A DNA stretch of 63,152 bases, the filler included, from Basidiobolus ranarum (lineage: Eukaryota): the NCBI GenBank assembly GCA_040143965.1. It is 14 parts of 14 records of this genome, joined end to end, with 100 filler letters (N's around TTAATTAATTAA, not from the genome) between each part and the next. Parts side by side here need not be neighbours in the genome. Positions count along the whole stretch, not along the records: positions 9,077 to 13,510 come from JASJQH010001964.1; positions 13,611 to 18,041 come from JASJQH010001965.1; positions 18,142 to 22,570 come from JASJQH010001966.1; positions 22,671 to 27,097 come from JASJQH010001967.1; 10 more parts are not named here. One strand, given 5' to 3'. The notes beneath the pieces were generated by a model that made no database searches, was not told the DNA's origin, and was given only the letters and a program-made list of their open reading frames with translations. Shown here in pieces: positions 11,246 to 23,737 of the stretch. A program made the translations under genes and the position numbers. Position 1 is the stretch's first letter, and every line of letters begins with the position of its first letter.

Positions 11246-13510
11246 ATGTCAAATATTCCTGCTATGCCCAGTGTGTCTGAAAACACACTGGATTCTGGTA
11301 ATGTCCCTAACGAACCAGGGACTTTAAACCCCACAAATTCACCTAACAACCCAACTGATAACAATAACACTCCAAACATGCCCGGTGAACATATTAAAGA
11401 ACCTTACGAAACTAACGTTCCCAATATGCCGAACATGCCAAATATGCCAATGGAGGCCGGGTCGACTGTACCACCAGAATCAAATCCCGTTGTTCAGTCA
11501 CCGCCCGTGATATCTCCGGAACACACTCAATTGACGAAGGAAGAAGCTCAACAACAAATTGATGTCGAGTTATCTAAATCTAATACACCCGTTCACACTT
11601 TCAATCCCGAAGATTCACCTGAAGAAAAAGTTAGAAAAGCCAAGGAAGCCGCAGGCTCGGTTATCACCAATAACCCTCTATTGAGTGGTCCAAATGTTAC
11701 CAAGGGGATAATCAGTGATGTGTCGCTTGACAAAAACGACGAATCTTCTCATCCTCTAGCTCGCTCTTCCACAACTGCAACCAATAAGTCCGCCACTTCT
11801 ACTGCTTCTTCTCTTCCTCCTCCGGTTATCGGCTGGAAGGAATCCAACGAAAAATTTCTAGAGACCTATTCAGGCCAAGAATGGCAAAATGCCCTTTGCT
11901 TGGTTACCCTGGTTGTGGTAACTTACATCCTTGTCAGTCTTGGGCTTGGCTTTGGCTGGTGTATGATCGTTTTGATTTTCGCGGGTATGTTTCAATGGCT
12001 GGGATGGCAGTATAATAGTGAAGACAGAGAACTTATACCCATTAATTTAATTTCTTTAGCTCAATATTACATCAATTCTGTAAAAAGATTTAGAAGAAAT
12101 GTCAAGGACGATATCACTCGCCAGTTATCTATTGCCAAGGTTGTCACTTAAAAACAAGATTCTTTTCTGCTTATGATAACTAATTACCGAGATTCTATCA
12201 TTAACAGCTTCTTACTGATACGGAGTCAACTGAGTGGCTGAACACGTTTCTGAGCAAATTTTGGTTGATTTATGAGCCAGTTTTGTCAGCAACTATTGTT
12301 GGCATAGCTGATGGTATTTTAGCTGCATCTACTCCTGGATTTTTAGACTCGCTTCGCCTTTCAGAGTTTACTTTGGGAACCAAGGCGCCACGAGTAGAAT
12401 CCGTCAAGACTTTCACCAACGATGACGAGGAAGTTGTGGTGAGTATATACTTAATACATGTGTCACTTCAGAAGCAAATGATTGATTTTTGTCTAAGGAA
12501 ATGGAATGGGACGTATCGTTTACCCCTAACGATCTCGAAGATCTTACCCCACGTCAAGTGAGGAACAAGACGAATCCAAAAGTGGTTTTGGAAGTCCGTG
12601 TTGGTAAAGGATTTGTTGGTGCTGGAATGCCTATTTTGGTGGAAGATATTGCCTTTAGCGGTCGTATGAGAATTAAATTGAAGCTCATGAGTAACTTTCC
12701 TCATATGCAAGCAGTGGATTTATCGTTCATGGAACCTCCAGAAATTGACTATGTTCTGAAGCCTCTAGGAGGTGAAACGTTTGGTTTTGATATTGCTCAC
12801 ATCCCTGGTCTGTCTTCTTTCATCAAAGAGCAGATTCACGCTGTACTTGGGCCAATGATGTATAATCCTCACGTATTCACTCTGGATATGGAGCAGCTGA
12901 TAAGTGGGGTCGATACCGAGGCTGCCATTGGAATTTTAAAAGTCCACATTCGCCATGCTAGAAACTTGAAGAACCTTGAAGTGCTCGGCCTCTCTGACCC
13001 GTATGTTAGACTCCATATCAACAATAGAGCTGAACTAGGCCGTACTGCTGTTAAGGAAAATACATTGAATCCAACTTGGGACGAAACCTTCTTTATTTTA
13101 GTTCACAACCTTAATGAGACACTCTTGCTGGAAATCTTTGACAAGGAAGAAATCAAAAAAGACCGAAGCTTGGGCACTGCCTCATTTAATATGGCCACTT
13201 TATTGGATACGCCTAATCAAGATTATATAGCTGCCAAAGTCATAAGAGAAGGGGGCAAAGAACGTGGTGAGGTATACTTTGATGTAATGTACTATCCAGT
13301 AGTGGAGCCCACTATCCAAGAGGATGGTACTCCTACCCATGTTGAGTCCAATCATGGAATTCTCAAAGTTTTTGTTCATCAAGCCAAGGATCTTGATAAG
13401 ACGGCTTCCACCAAACTTAATCCCTATGGCATTGTAAAACTCAACGGCACCAAAATCCTCACCACTAAAGTGTTAAAGCGAAAAGCAAATCCAGTATGGG
13501 AAGACCCGGT
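11246..13510 (+). CDS. TCB: Tricalbin (SMP + C2 domain ER-PM tether), 3'-truncated; introns 11985-12059, 12140-12207, 12439-12497
   Basis: Hydrophobic hairpin, then ESTEWLNTFLSKFWLIYEP and LSEFTLGTKAPRV (SMP), KPLGGETFGFDI, C2 domain GLSDPYV...TLNPTWDETF, start of a second C2. Confidence 0.92.
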
Positions 13511-13610
13511 NNNNNNNNNNNNNNNNNNNNNNNNNNNNNNNNNNNNNNNNNNNNTTAATTAATTAANNNNNNNNNNNNNNNNNNNNNNNNNNNNNNNNNN
13601 NNNNNNNNNN

Positions 13611-16049
13611 TTTCACCCAAAATGACCTCAGATGATGACAAAAATCAATTTTCTCCTGATCCAATCATTCAAATTGATTCAAACCAAAACAATGAAGAAA
13701 ATAGCATTCCTGTGGACCCTTCAACCAAAATTTTGCCTACTGAAGTGCCCAATACAATGCCAGAAGTTGTAGTACCTTTATCCCAAACCAGGAGATCAAA
13801 TTGGATCAGAAATAGCCCTGATTACTATATCAATGAGTCCCAAAATTGGGCCTATGCCTGCACAGCTCAAATACATGAACCCCAGACTGTAAAAGAGGCC
13901 CTGAATGGCCCTCACACAAAATTTTGGAGATCTGCAATGGCTGATGAGTACCAGGCTTTGATTGATAATCAAACTTGGATTTTAACCAACTTACCTGATG
14001 ATAGAAAATCAATTGGCTGCCAATGGGTGTTTAAAGTTAAATACAACTCTGCTGGCAGTTGAGAAGGATACATGGCTTAACTAGTAGCCAATGGCTATTC
14101 CCAAACACCAGGAATAGATTGTACAAAAACCTTTGCTCCTGTAGGAAAGTTTAATTCAATTAGATTGCTTTTAGCATTTTCAGCTAAATATCAATTTATC
14201 AAGCATCAAATGGATGTTGAAGCTGCTTTTATGAGTGGTGAGCTTGCTGAGGAGATCTATATGAGCCAGCCAGATGGATTTGTGGACCCAGAAAACCCTA
14301 AAAAAGTTTGCAGAATCTGGAAAACACTCTATGGCTTAAATCAATCATCAAGAGCTTGGAATAGCAAGATAGATGCTTTTTTGGAAACACTCAAATTCCA
14401 AAACAGTAATGCTGACTATAGTATTGATTTCAAGCCAGATAAGACAAACCCAGTTTTATTAGCCATGTTTGTAGATGACCTTTTATAGCAACCAATGACT
14501 TGAAGACTTTGGAGAAAACCAAATCCAGGTTATCTACTGCATTTAAAAAGCCCAATCTTGGTGAACAGACATACTATCTTGGAATCCAAATTAAGATAGA
14601 TAGAACTACCAAAACAATAACTTTAAACCTGTCTAAGTAAATCCTAGATATACTAAAGAAGTTTAAAATGGAAGAATGTAATTCTGTATCTATCCCAATG
14701 GAGACAAATCTTAACTTGACCAAAAATGGCTCAAATTAGATGTTCTTGGATTCAAATGAAAGCCAGAAATTTCCTTATCTATCTATGGTTGTTAGTTAGA
14801 TGTACATCATGGTTGGAATGCAGCCATATACTGCATATTATGTGGGAGTTATGTGCCATTATCTTCAAATTATGGATCTGATCAAATCATAGCTGTTAAG
14901 CAGATTTTCAGATATTCAAATGGTACTGAGGATCTGTGCTTAGAATACACATATTCTGGATCAAACTTTGATCTGATGGGATATTCAGATGCAAATTGGG
15001 GAAGAGATATTGAAGACAGGAGATCTACAACAGGATACTTATTTCTTTGCTGTAAAGGAGCTATATCTTGAAATTCAAAAAAACAACCTACTGTAGCAGT
15101 TTCAACAACAGAAGCAGAATACATTGCTGCCTGTAGAGCAACAAAAGAAGCAATATGGTTAAGAAAACTCTTAACAGATTTAGGTTATTCTCAAAATTCA
15201 CCAACTACTTTATTTCAAGTTAATCAAAGTTGTATCATATTAGCTGAAAATCCCATGTTTCATTATAGAAGCAAACATATAGATATTAAGCATCACTTCA
15301 TTTGAGAGACTGTAGAAATTAAGTTTATTGACTTATTGTACTACAAAAGACATGATTGCTGCTATAATAACCAAAACTAAGCTAGATAGAAATTTGAGAT
15401 ATTTAGACCTTTATTAGCAGTAGCTTATATGACTATTTAGTTGAGAGAGAGAGTGTTGAAATTAGCATTGCTTAAACACTGTTGAAGTTAGCATTGCCTA
15501 AACACCCTTATAGTCATATATAGCTTAGTACTTAGTTATCTTATATTGAACTAAGATATTATCAATTATTCTAAATTGGAATTTTCTTGGAATGCTTTTA
15601 CCAACTGAGAAGTTCTCAGATATACAGATTTTTCAAAGAAGCCCCAAACCTTGCACACATGCTCCTGGGACCTTCCTTAACACATTCTACACATTGGTTT
15701 GTTTGCATCTTGACAAAACTATAAATGTCAACTTTCTACTCAATGAATCAATAAGTGAAAACCACCAATTTCTCTAATTCCACGAACCACTTCCAACAGG
15801 CTCCCAAATGCTTTAACATTTACCAACTCAGAAGTTCTCAGATATATAGATTTCTCAAACTTGTGCTAGAAGCCCCAAACTCTGCACACATGTTCCTGGG
15901 ACCTTCCTTAACACATTCTACACATTAGTTCATTTACATCTTGACAAAACTATAAATGTCAACTTTCTACTCAATAAAGCAATAAGCAAAAACCACCAAT
16001 TTCTCTAATTCTCCAAACCACTTCCAACAGACTCCCAAATACTTTAACA
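13611..16049 (+). mobile_element. Degenerate Ty1/Copia family B, 3' half: RT, RNase H, PPT ~15443-15453, 3' LTR 15454-15818 plus tandem partial LTR copy 15819-16049
   Basis: IGCQWVFKVKY, HQMDVEAAF..GELAEEIYMSQPDGF, KTLYGLNQSSRAW, MFVDDLL, GYSDANWG..EDRRSTTGY. Purine tract GAGAGAGAGAG precedes TGTTGAA. Confidence 0.92.
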
Positions 16050-16134
16050 GTAGCAGTATTTCATTTTATATTTTTGCAATATTTCAGAAAGAGGAAAAAT
16101 TCCTGATATTTGAGAAATAAATGTAACACAGAGG

Positions 16135-16505
16135 GCAAGCTTGGGACTCATAACTGGTTGAAGTATCAGGGAGTTTGTTGGAAAAGTCAGGGAGAACTCA
16201 AAGATTTGGTGGTTTTTGCCTATTAAATTATTTAATAGAAAGTTAACATTTTTAATTTTGTTAGGACAAATACAGACAAGCATGTGGAGAGTGATAAGGA
16301 AGGTTCTATAAAAATACATACAAAGTTTGGGTCATTTTCTCTAAGTTATAAAAATCTTTAAGTCTTCAAACTTCTAAGTTGGAAATAATGTTCCAAACAA
16401 ATTCTAATTGAGAACATTGATTGAACTCTTAGTGAGATATGGAATAACAAGAATCTAAGCTACACATGACTATATAAAAGACTAAGACAAGTTAACTTCT
16501 ACACA
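16135..16505 (-). mobile_element. Copia LTR (family B-related) with PBS remnant, inverted
   Basis: Reverse complement resembles LTR-B (...TTCCAACAAACTCCCTGATACTTCAAC) followed by AGTTATGAGTCCC. Confidence 0.65.
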
Positions 16506-16687
16506 TTAAACTAAACATAATTACATAGATATTAGATATTATTTTCAAGAGAGACTATAGAAAATAAGAAATTTGCTTAGCTTATTAACCTACAGAAATC
16601 ATGATTGCGGATATATTAATAAAATCATTAGCTAAAGAAATGACCTTTTTCCGGATTAGGTTATCTGACTATTTGATTGACGAATAG

Positions 16688-16841
16688 TGTTGAAATTCAC
16701 ATAGCTTCAACACCCATGTAGTCATATATAAGTTAATGTTAAGTGGTATCATTGTTGATTAAAAAATCATACACTATTCTCCATTGGTAATAATTACCAG
16801 CTCTCAAATGACTTCCAACAAACTCCCTCAGTACTTCAACA
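16688..16841 (+). mobile_element. Internally deleted LTR-B-like remnant
   Basis: TGTTGAAATT...TAGTCATATATA...TTCCAACAAACTCCCTCAGTACTTCAACA carries both LTR-B termini. Confidence 0.55.
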
Positions 16842-17302
16842 CTTAATGATAAGAAACTGTTACTGATACATCATAAACATACAAAAAAATTTCTTGTTTT
16901 CTATTTCTTTGCCCAAACCAAAGTGTGAACTTGGCAATATATGGCAGCCCTATCTCCGCATCTCATTCACTGGTGAGGGACATTTACTTTAGTACTTAAA
17001 GCCTAAGATGGTAGACACTTGTACAGTTTATTTTATTTAGTAAAATCTGAAAGAAAAGTTCCCGCAATCCGCGAGGCAGATATATACAGGCACCCTCACC
17101 ATTCCCAATTTGTAACGATAGTACTTTTATGGTCACAGTTGATCTGATCAACCAATGGTAGCATTCAAATATTGCGACCTGGGTCAAAGAACTACTGATC
17201 CTGATCAAAATTAATTGGAACTAATTAGTAAGTAAAGTTAGTTCCATTTTAGTTCTGAACCTCACCTATATAATGAGCAACAGATCAAAAGGAGATTTCC
17301 AA

Positions 17303-18004
17303 ATGTCTAAGTTGACTAACGCTAGCGAGGTATTGAAGTCGGTGGAGGAGTATTATGGAAAGGTGTTAAGTTCTTCCAAAGATCTGAAAACTGATGGTAT
17401 GCACTACATTTGTTGATGTGTTGGTCTTGCCAACTAACTATTCCTTTATTTAGCGTGTACAACTTGCAGTGCTCCGGCAAAAGAACTCCAAGATATTCTG
17501 AAATTGGTTCCAGAGGAGGTTAAGGAGAAGTACTACGGGTGCGGAACTCCGTTGCCACTAGGGATAGAGGGACTTAGTCTACTTGACTTGGGCTCAGGTT
17601 CTGGAAGAGACTGTTATGTTGCTGCTCAACTAGTAGGTTCTACTGGGGCTGTAACTGGTTCGTATGCAAACTCATTTTTATTGCACGCACAAAGTTAACC
17701 TATTCTTGAGTAGGAATCGATATGACTGACGAGCAGCTAAAAGTCGCCCGTAAAAACATCGACCTTTATGCTGAAAAGCTTGGATACCAACCTAATTTGC
17801 GTTTTGTTAAAGGATTTATTGAATTATTGAAAGGTAAAAATATCTTAGTTTGCTGACCCACCCTCTCTATTCTAAATCATCATCATACAGAGGCGGGAAT
17901 TGAGGATAACAGTATTGATATGTGCATTTCAAACTGTGTGATTAATTTATCTCCCAATAAAAAGCTGGTAATTGCTGGAGTCTTTGGTGCTCTCAGAGAA
18001 GGAG
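17303..18004 (+). CDS. AS3MT: Arsenite (As(III)) SAM methyltransferase, 3'-truncated; introns 17397-17453, 17658-17713, 17834-17890, next donor 18005
   Basis: Spliced: VEEYYGKVLSSSKDLKTDACTTC...EKYYGCGTPLP...LLDLGSGSGRDCY...GIDMTDEQL...SIDMCISNCVINLSPNK, the ArsM/AS3MT motif set. Confidence 0.93.
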
Positions 18005-19150
18005 GTATATACGAATGCTAAAGAAATTCACCCGCATCAATNNNNNNNNNNNNNNNNNNNNNNNNNNNNNNNNNNNNNNNNNNNNTTAATTAATTAANNN
18101 NNNNNNNNNNNNNNNNNNNNNNNNNNNNNNNNNNNNNNNNNCAAAACTTTGAGGCAAAGTACAGTCAGTGGCCTCAGTGGGCAAAACTAAAGCTAATTTT
18201 GGGCTTTTATTACTGTTGTCATTCACCAGGTTTTGTGCAGCTGGTGGCTATGTACAGTTACCATGCTTAGGATTAATTTATTGATGAAGCCTCTTGCTTT
18301 CATAGCACAAGAATCTGTGATAATAATAGCAGGGCTTCTTTTAATGTTTGTGTTACAGCATGAGAAGGATATTGTAGAAAAAAGAACACCTCCTACTTAA
18401 GGGTGGTGTTTTAGATATAGCTCATCAATTTCATCAGCTTACTCTGAGATGGTGTCACATATAGGTCATCAGGGGATTTACAAGATATTTCCTGTAACGG
18501 GTAGAAATTTTGGTTTATTATAGGCCTTTTCTAAGCAACTTCATTATGTCAAGTTTACCATCAACAAATTTCAATGCCATTCAAAAAGCATTCAAATCTA
18601 AATCAAAATTGGCTTCTAAGCTAAAGCCAGCTGGCACAAAAGGAAAAAAGCCAGTAGGAACAGAGGACTTAATTTGTGAGCAGTCCAGTGATCTACTCTC
18701 CACTTTGGAAGGTATTAACATGCTGGAAACTAACTCAAGTAATGACAAAGCATTAATCAACTAACCAGAAGTGTTCCTTTCCAGTGATAGTGCAAGTGAA
18801 GAGATTGTAATCCCCCAATTACATAGTAAATCAATAGTTGGGCAAAGTTCAACCAAAACACTGTCAAGACCATTGACTTTCAAAATGGTTACTATGCCCA
18901 CTTCGAACATCTCTCTGTAGAAACTTTTGATAGAATTATTACAACAAGGGAATCATAGGCAGAACACCATAATGATTTGTATGCAATCATAAGTAAAAGC
19001 TACAAAGATGCCATACAGGCCATGATGAGGAATAATGCCACAATATTGCAACTGATGCAGTGTTCAGAAGCAACTAGTCCACAGTTAGAGAGTCACTTGA
19101 CAATGATACAAGACCTTCTGAATGGTGTACTTGAGCTACAGTAATATGCT

Positions 19151-22100
19151 CCCTAACAAATATAAAATCAATTTGATCCGGATTGGATCCACCCTCCGTA
19201 ATATCAAAACCATCAGAAAGCCTTTACAATATTAGTGGCTTACATTCAGCCAGGGATTTTGATGGTGTGATGGCAGTTTCTTGACGGTATTTTGATGGTT
19301 TTGATACATGGTATAAAGTTGATCCTGAAATTTGGCTTGCATTATTCAATATCCGGCAATTTTTGCAAAAATCTAATTTTTGAATGGCAAATTGCTGGGT
19401 TTACTGTTGTAGGAATTTGAATCAATATGCATGCATTTATTTAGTTATTTTAGGCCTTGTATTCCAGCCATAATAACAATCAAAAAATACAAGAATCTTG
19501 TCGTGTTCAGTCTCTACATATGCACATACTGGACTAATGAGACATAACTCAACAACAGCATTATGCTTTACCAGCAAACTCATGGTGGAAAAATTGCTAA
19601 ACATCTGAAATTTGAATAGCACTGACAGTTGGCAAATAACTGACTCTTGTTACCATTCACAATGAGAATGAGCTCTTGAATTTTGGCAAATTTCCACAAA
19701 GAATTCAGCCAACACATTCCCAACTTGTGGTCAACAAATATGCTGCCACAAGTCAATGTGTCACTGCTTGAATAGATTACACCATAGCTAAAACAAGAAT
19801 GCTGTATATCTTGATCTATCTCACCAAGAAGTCTGTCTTGCTGCTTTCCTAAAAATACCGTCAGATTTTCACACAAGCAAATTAGTCCAAATTATAGAGG
19901 CACTTACTCTGTGTCCATGGATAAGGCTTTGTTGCTGTTATTGTGCTCAAACAATGCAAAAACCCATGAGCACATTGTAAAGAGCCTTTTGTTGGCAGGT
20001 TAATATACTCTGGAATCTCCTTAACCCATTGCATCACAGCCATCACTGATTTTGCTGATACATTGCTAATCAGATTAGTATATGGTTATACTGACAATTT
20101 CACACGGAGTATCATTTCACCACAGGTGCACTCCATTGGGAACTCCCAAAATGTATAGCAAGGGCCTATAATCTCTAAGCATTGTGAAAGATGCTGCAGG
20201 GAATGTATTGAATACCAGCATAGATTCAGTATATCTTCTTTAAACCTATAATAAAGTTTTTCATATCCAATTACATAATCTTTGCACAATTGCTGCATCT
20301 GCCTGAGATCTGCCAATGTGAGTTGATGCCATAGGAATATATTAACAATATTGACAAACAACTCCATATGATGCCAATACTTATCAGGCAGAAATCTTTT
20401 CAATATTTCACTTGAATATAAACAAATCCAATAGTTCCAGTCTTTGCATTGGAATAAACACCTAGATGAGTGAATGTCAATGGCAAACCTGGTAAATTAT
20501 CATGGTATCTTGACATTTTCAAGCATTTTACCAATTGGTTCAAACTTTGATCCTATCTCAATGGCTCATTCATATTGAATTTTCCACTATACAGCTGAGC
20601 AAGTAGATTGGAATGTTATTCAATAGTAAGTGCATATTGCCTAATGGGAAGATCTGACTCCAGCTGATCCCCTTTAGCAATATAATCTTAGGCCTATGGC
20701 AAATACAAAGTTTGATGTTAGACTGACTATTTGGTGAATTGATATCAGCAATCAAATTGCAAATTGAGTGGGCTCTCAATGGTAAAATCATTCAGTTTAG
20801 TGTTGTATTTGGATAGTAGTAATGTGTATGCCTGATAAAGTAAACTCCATTGATTTGACAAAATCTAGAGCAAGATAGTGCATTGTGCTCACAAAAACCT
20901 CCAAGTTTACTGATGGCAGGAGTGTCACCAATACATACAATGATATTGGCTTTAATAAAATATCCACACATCTGAATCCCATTAGATATCTGTTCAAATT
21001 TGGCAATCAAAGGCTCCAAGAAGCTATCTATAAGCACTGGTGATTTAGGTCCAGATACAATGGATGGTATCAACAATTATGACTCTTAAGCTGCTCAGAA
21101 GGAGTAAGATTTAAGTTGATTAAAATTATTGGCCAGCAAGCCTTTCCAACATTATATTTGTTTAGTGAGAAACCATCCAGAGCCAATGCAAATGCATGAT
21201 CATATGTGTTCTCAAAGAAACCTTGGCTTTTCAGATTCTGGTAGTGATATCCATCAAGTACATTGGTAATACCATCAGCTTTATGGTGAGTACTTTGGTA
21301 TTGGTTCAATGCTCTATATTTGGGTGGTTTCATCAAGACTCAAGATGGGGAATCAATGGTATGTAGGCCAAATGTGAACAATATTTACTTGTTTCAGTGA
21401 TTGCCAATTGTGTGCAAACAGTACATGACTTCAGGTTTTTCAGATCACCAGTGAAAGTCAAACAACCATTTGGACATGAAGGTAGTTTAGTTACTGAAGG
21501 ATTATAAGTCATACAATTGACAAGTGTTTCCACTTGTACCAGGTCTGTGGCAAGCAACAATTGCCAATCAATTGTGGAAAAGTGTAAGCAAACCAATAAA
21601 CACCTGGTTGCTAAGATTGGATTGAACTCTCCACTCCTAAATAATCAAAGCTGCTTCCTTTACTGTAAGTGTTCTGAGTGGATTGGACTTGTTCTCTGTG
21701 ATAGTGCCAGATTGTGCTGTATACATCATATTGGATAAAGCATTCTAAAGTTTATGTGGCATAATTTGGCACTATCCATCACCCTCTGGCATGAACAATT
21801 TCAATCACATTTATTTTAATATATTGATCCAAGGTCAGATAAATCTTGGCACAATGGAACAAGTCCACTAATACTTGCCAGTAACAAAGAGTCCATAACA
21901 AAACTGTTGTCTTCTTCTTCAACCTCTGATATACTACCATCAGTACTGGAATAACTAAGGTCAACATCTAGCAGCATGTCCTCAAGTTGTCTGCACTTAA
22001 TAGTTTGACCAAAGTTGCGTTTCTATCTACATAATTCTGGTCATATAATTGTGACAACTCACCAGTATCTTGTCATGATTCTGATCTTGGCATACTGCTC
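19151..22100 (-). mobile_element. Degenerate CACTA/EnSpm (CMC) DNA transposon with Tnp2-family transposase; terminus CCCTAACAAA at 19151; other boundary approximate
   Basis: CPNGC..F.G......C..C, ALALDGF..WPIILINLNL.P, GPKSP..IDSFLEPLI, GDTPAISKLGG...NA...RFC (Transposase_21-like) and HSLQHL....IGP...WEFPME (DUF4218-like). Confidence 0.85.
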
Positions 22101-22670
22101 TACTACAAATAGAACTTCTCTATTATTAGATTATGACATCATATCTGCTGTGCCATCCCTTTTTGGCAATCTGATGTCAGTTAATCCAGCTTATCTTATA
22201 TGGAAGTCATGTTCTTTGGAACATTCCATGAAACCTAACCATCATGTCATCCCTCACATAGTGTATTTCCGCCAAGACCTTCCATGGAAGGTCACCTGAT
22301 CATCCTTACATCATTCTTACATCATCCCTCTTTGTATTGGTCCTTGTAGTCCTCAACACCCCAACTCTTGAACTTGCCACAGTATATTCCCTATTAAGTA
22401 TATTATGTTTCATCTTGCAATATCTATATAAACCCCATGTATTCCTTGATCAGACCTCAGTCTGATCAATGCCAGTTATCAATAAAGATTCTTGCCAAAG
22501 TATCTTCCTTGTCCTGTCTTGTCTTGTCTTGTGGTCTACACCCAAGTACTCTCCTGCCTTCTAGCCTCTTNNNNNNNNNNNNNNNNNNNNNNNNNNNNNN
22601 NNNNNNNNNNNNNNTTAATTAATTAANNNNNNNNNNNNNNNNNNNNNNNNNNNNNNNNNNNNNNNNNNNN

Positions 22671-23159
22671 GCTATGTGCCCAGGGTCAGGGCTACTCAAG
22701 ATTTCAGATGTTAAGCAATCTTTCCACCATCAGTTTGCTGGTAAAGCATATTGATGTTGTTGAGTTACATCTAATCAGTCAAGTATGTGCATATGAAGTG
22801 AATAAACACATCAAGATTCTTGTATTTTTTGATTCTCATTATGGCTGGAATACTCAGCCTAAGATATCTAAATATAGGGATACATATTAATTCAAATTCC
22901 TACAGCAGTAAACCTATTAATTTGCCATTCAAAAATTATTTTTTTGCAAAAAATGCTGGATATTGGAGAACACATGCCATATTTGAGGATCAATATTTTA
23001 ACATGTATGAATACCATCAAAATACCATCAAGAGCCCATCATTTCACCATCAAAATCCCTGGCAGAATGGAAACCACTAATATTGTGACGGTTCTCTAAT
23101 GTTTTTGCTGTTTCAGAGGGTATCAAATCTGGATTAAATTGATTTTATTTTTGTGAGGG
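22671..23159 (+). mobile_element. 3' end of the same CACTA family (ends ...TTTTTGTGAGGG)
   Basis: Reverse-complement homology to 19151-19620. Confidence 0.8.
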
Positions 23160-23737
23160 ATGTAGGAAATGGAAGATTATTAGATTTTCTGACTTGATTG
23201 TCCCAGGCACCCTCAACATCCTTCCTCTCTGAAGATATATAATCTTCACTCAGATGAAGCCTGGTCATGGAAGCTTCTCCCACTTTTACCATCATTGATG
23301 GGGCATTGAAATCTGATTTGGCAGTAGTTTCTGAAGTAACAAAATTGTATAGCTCCTTTCAAGTGGGTATGGGACTCTATAAGCCACAACACTTTGCACA
23401 TATAGCTTTCAAGGTGCCAATAGAAAGCCAGTAGTTGCTTTTAGATTCACAACAAATGAACATTGAGTAGATGAAGAGCATGTTACTTATTTCAAATCAA
23501 CTAGCACAATGTGTATTGATCCTGTTTGCAAATGATTCCATTGAAGGTCTTTAACTATAGTAGTAAAAATCCCTACATGTAGTATTTTAAAGTTTTTGTT
23601 TGCATTCCTAATACCATTTATATCATATATTTATAATTCACAACAAATTTTCTAAGATACCTCATCAACAAGGTTTATGATAGCTTAATACAGTACAGGA
23701 GTTATCACTTCCAAAATTTTTCTTGAGCAGTTGAATG

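Noticed and set aside
18142-19150. Decayed ORF 18547-19140 in CpG-poor DNA
   Set aside because: Probably repeat-derived, but no motif allows assignment.
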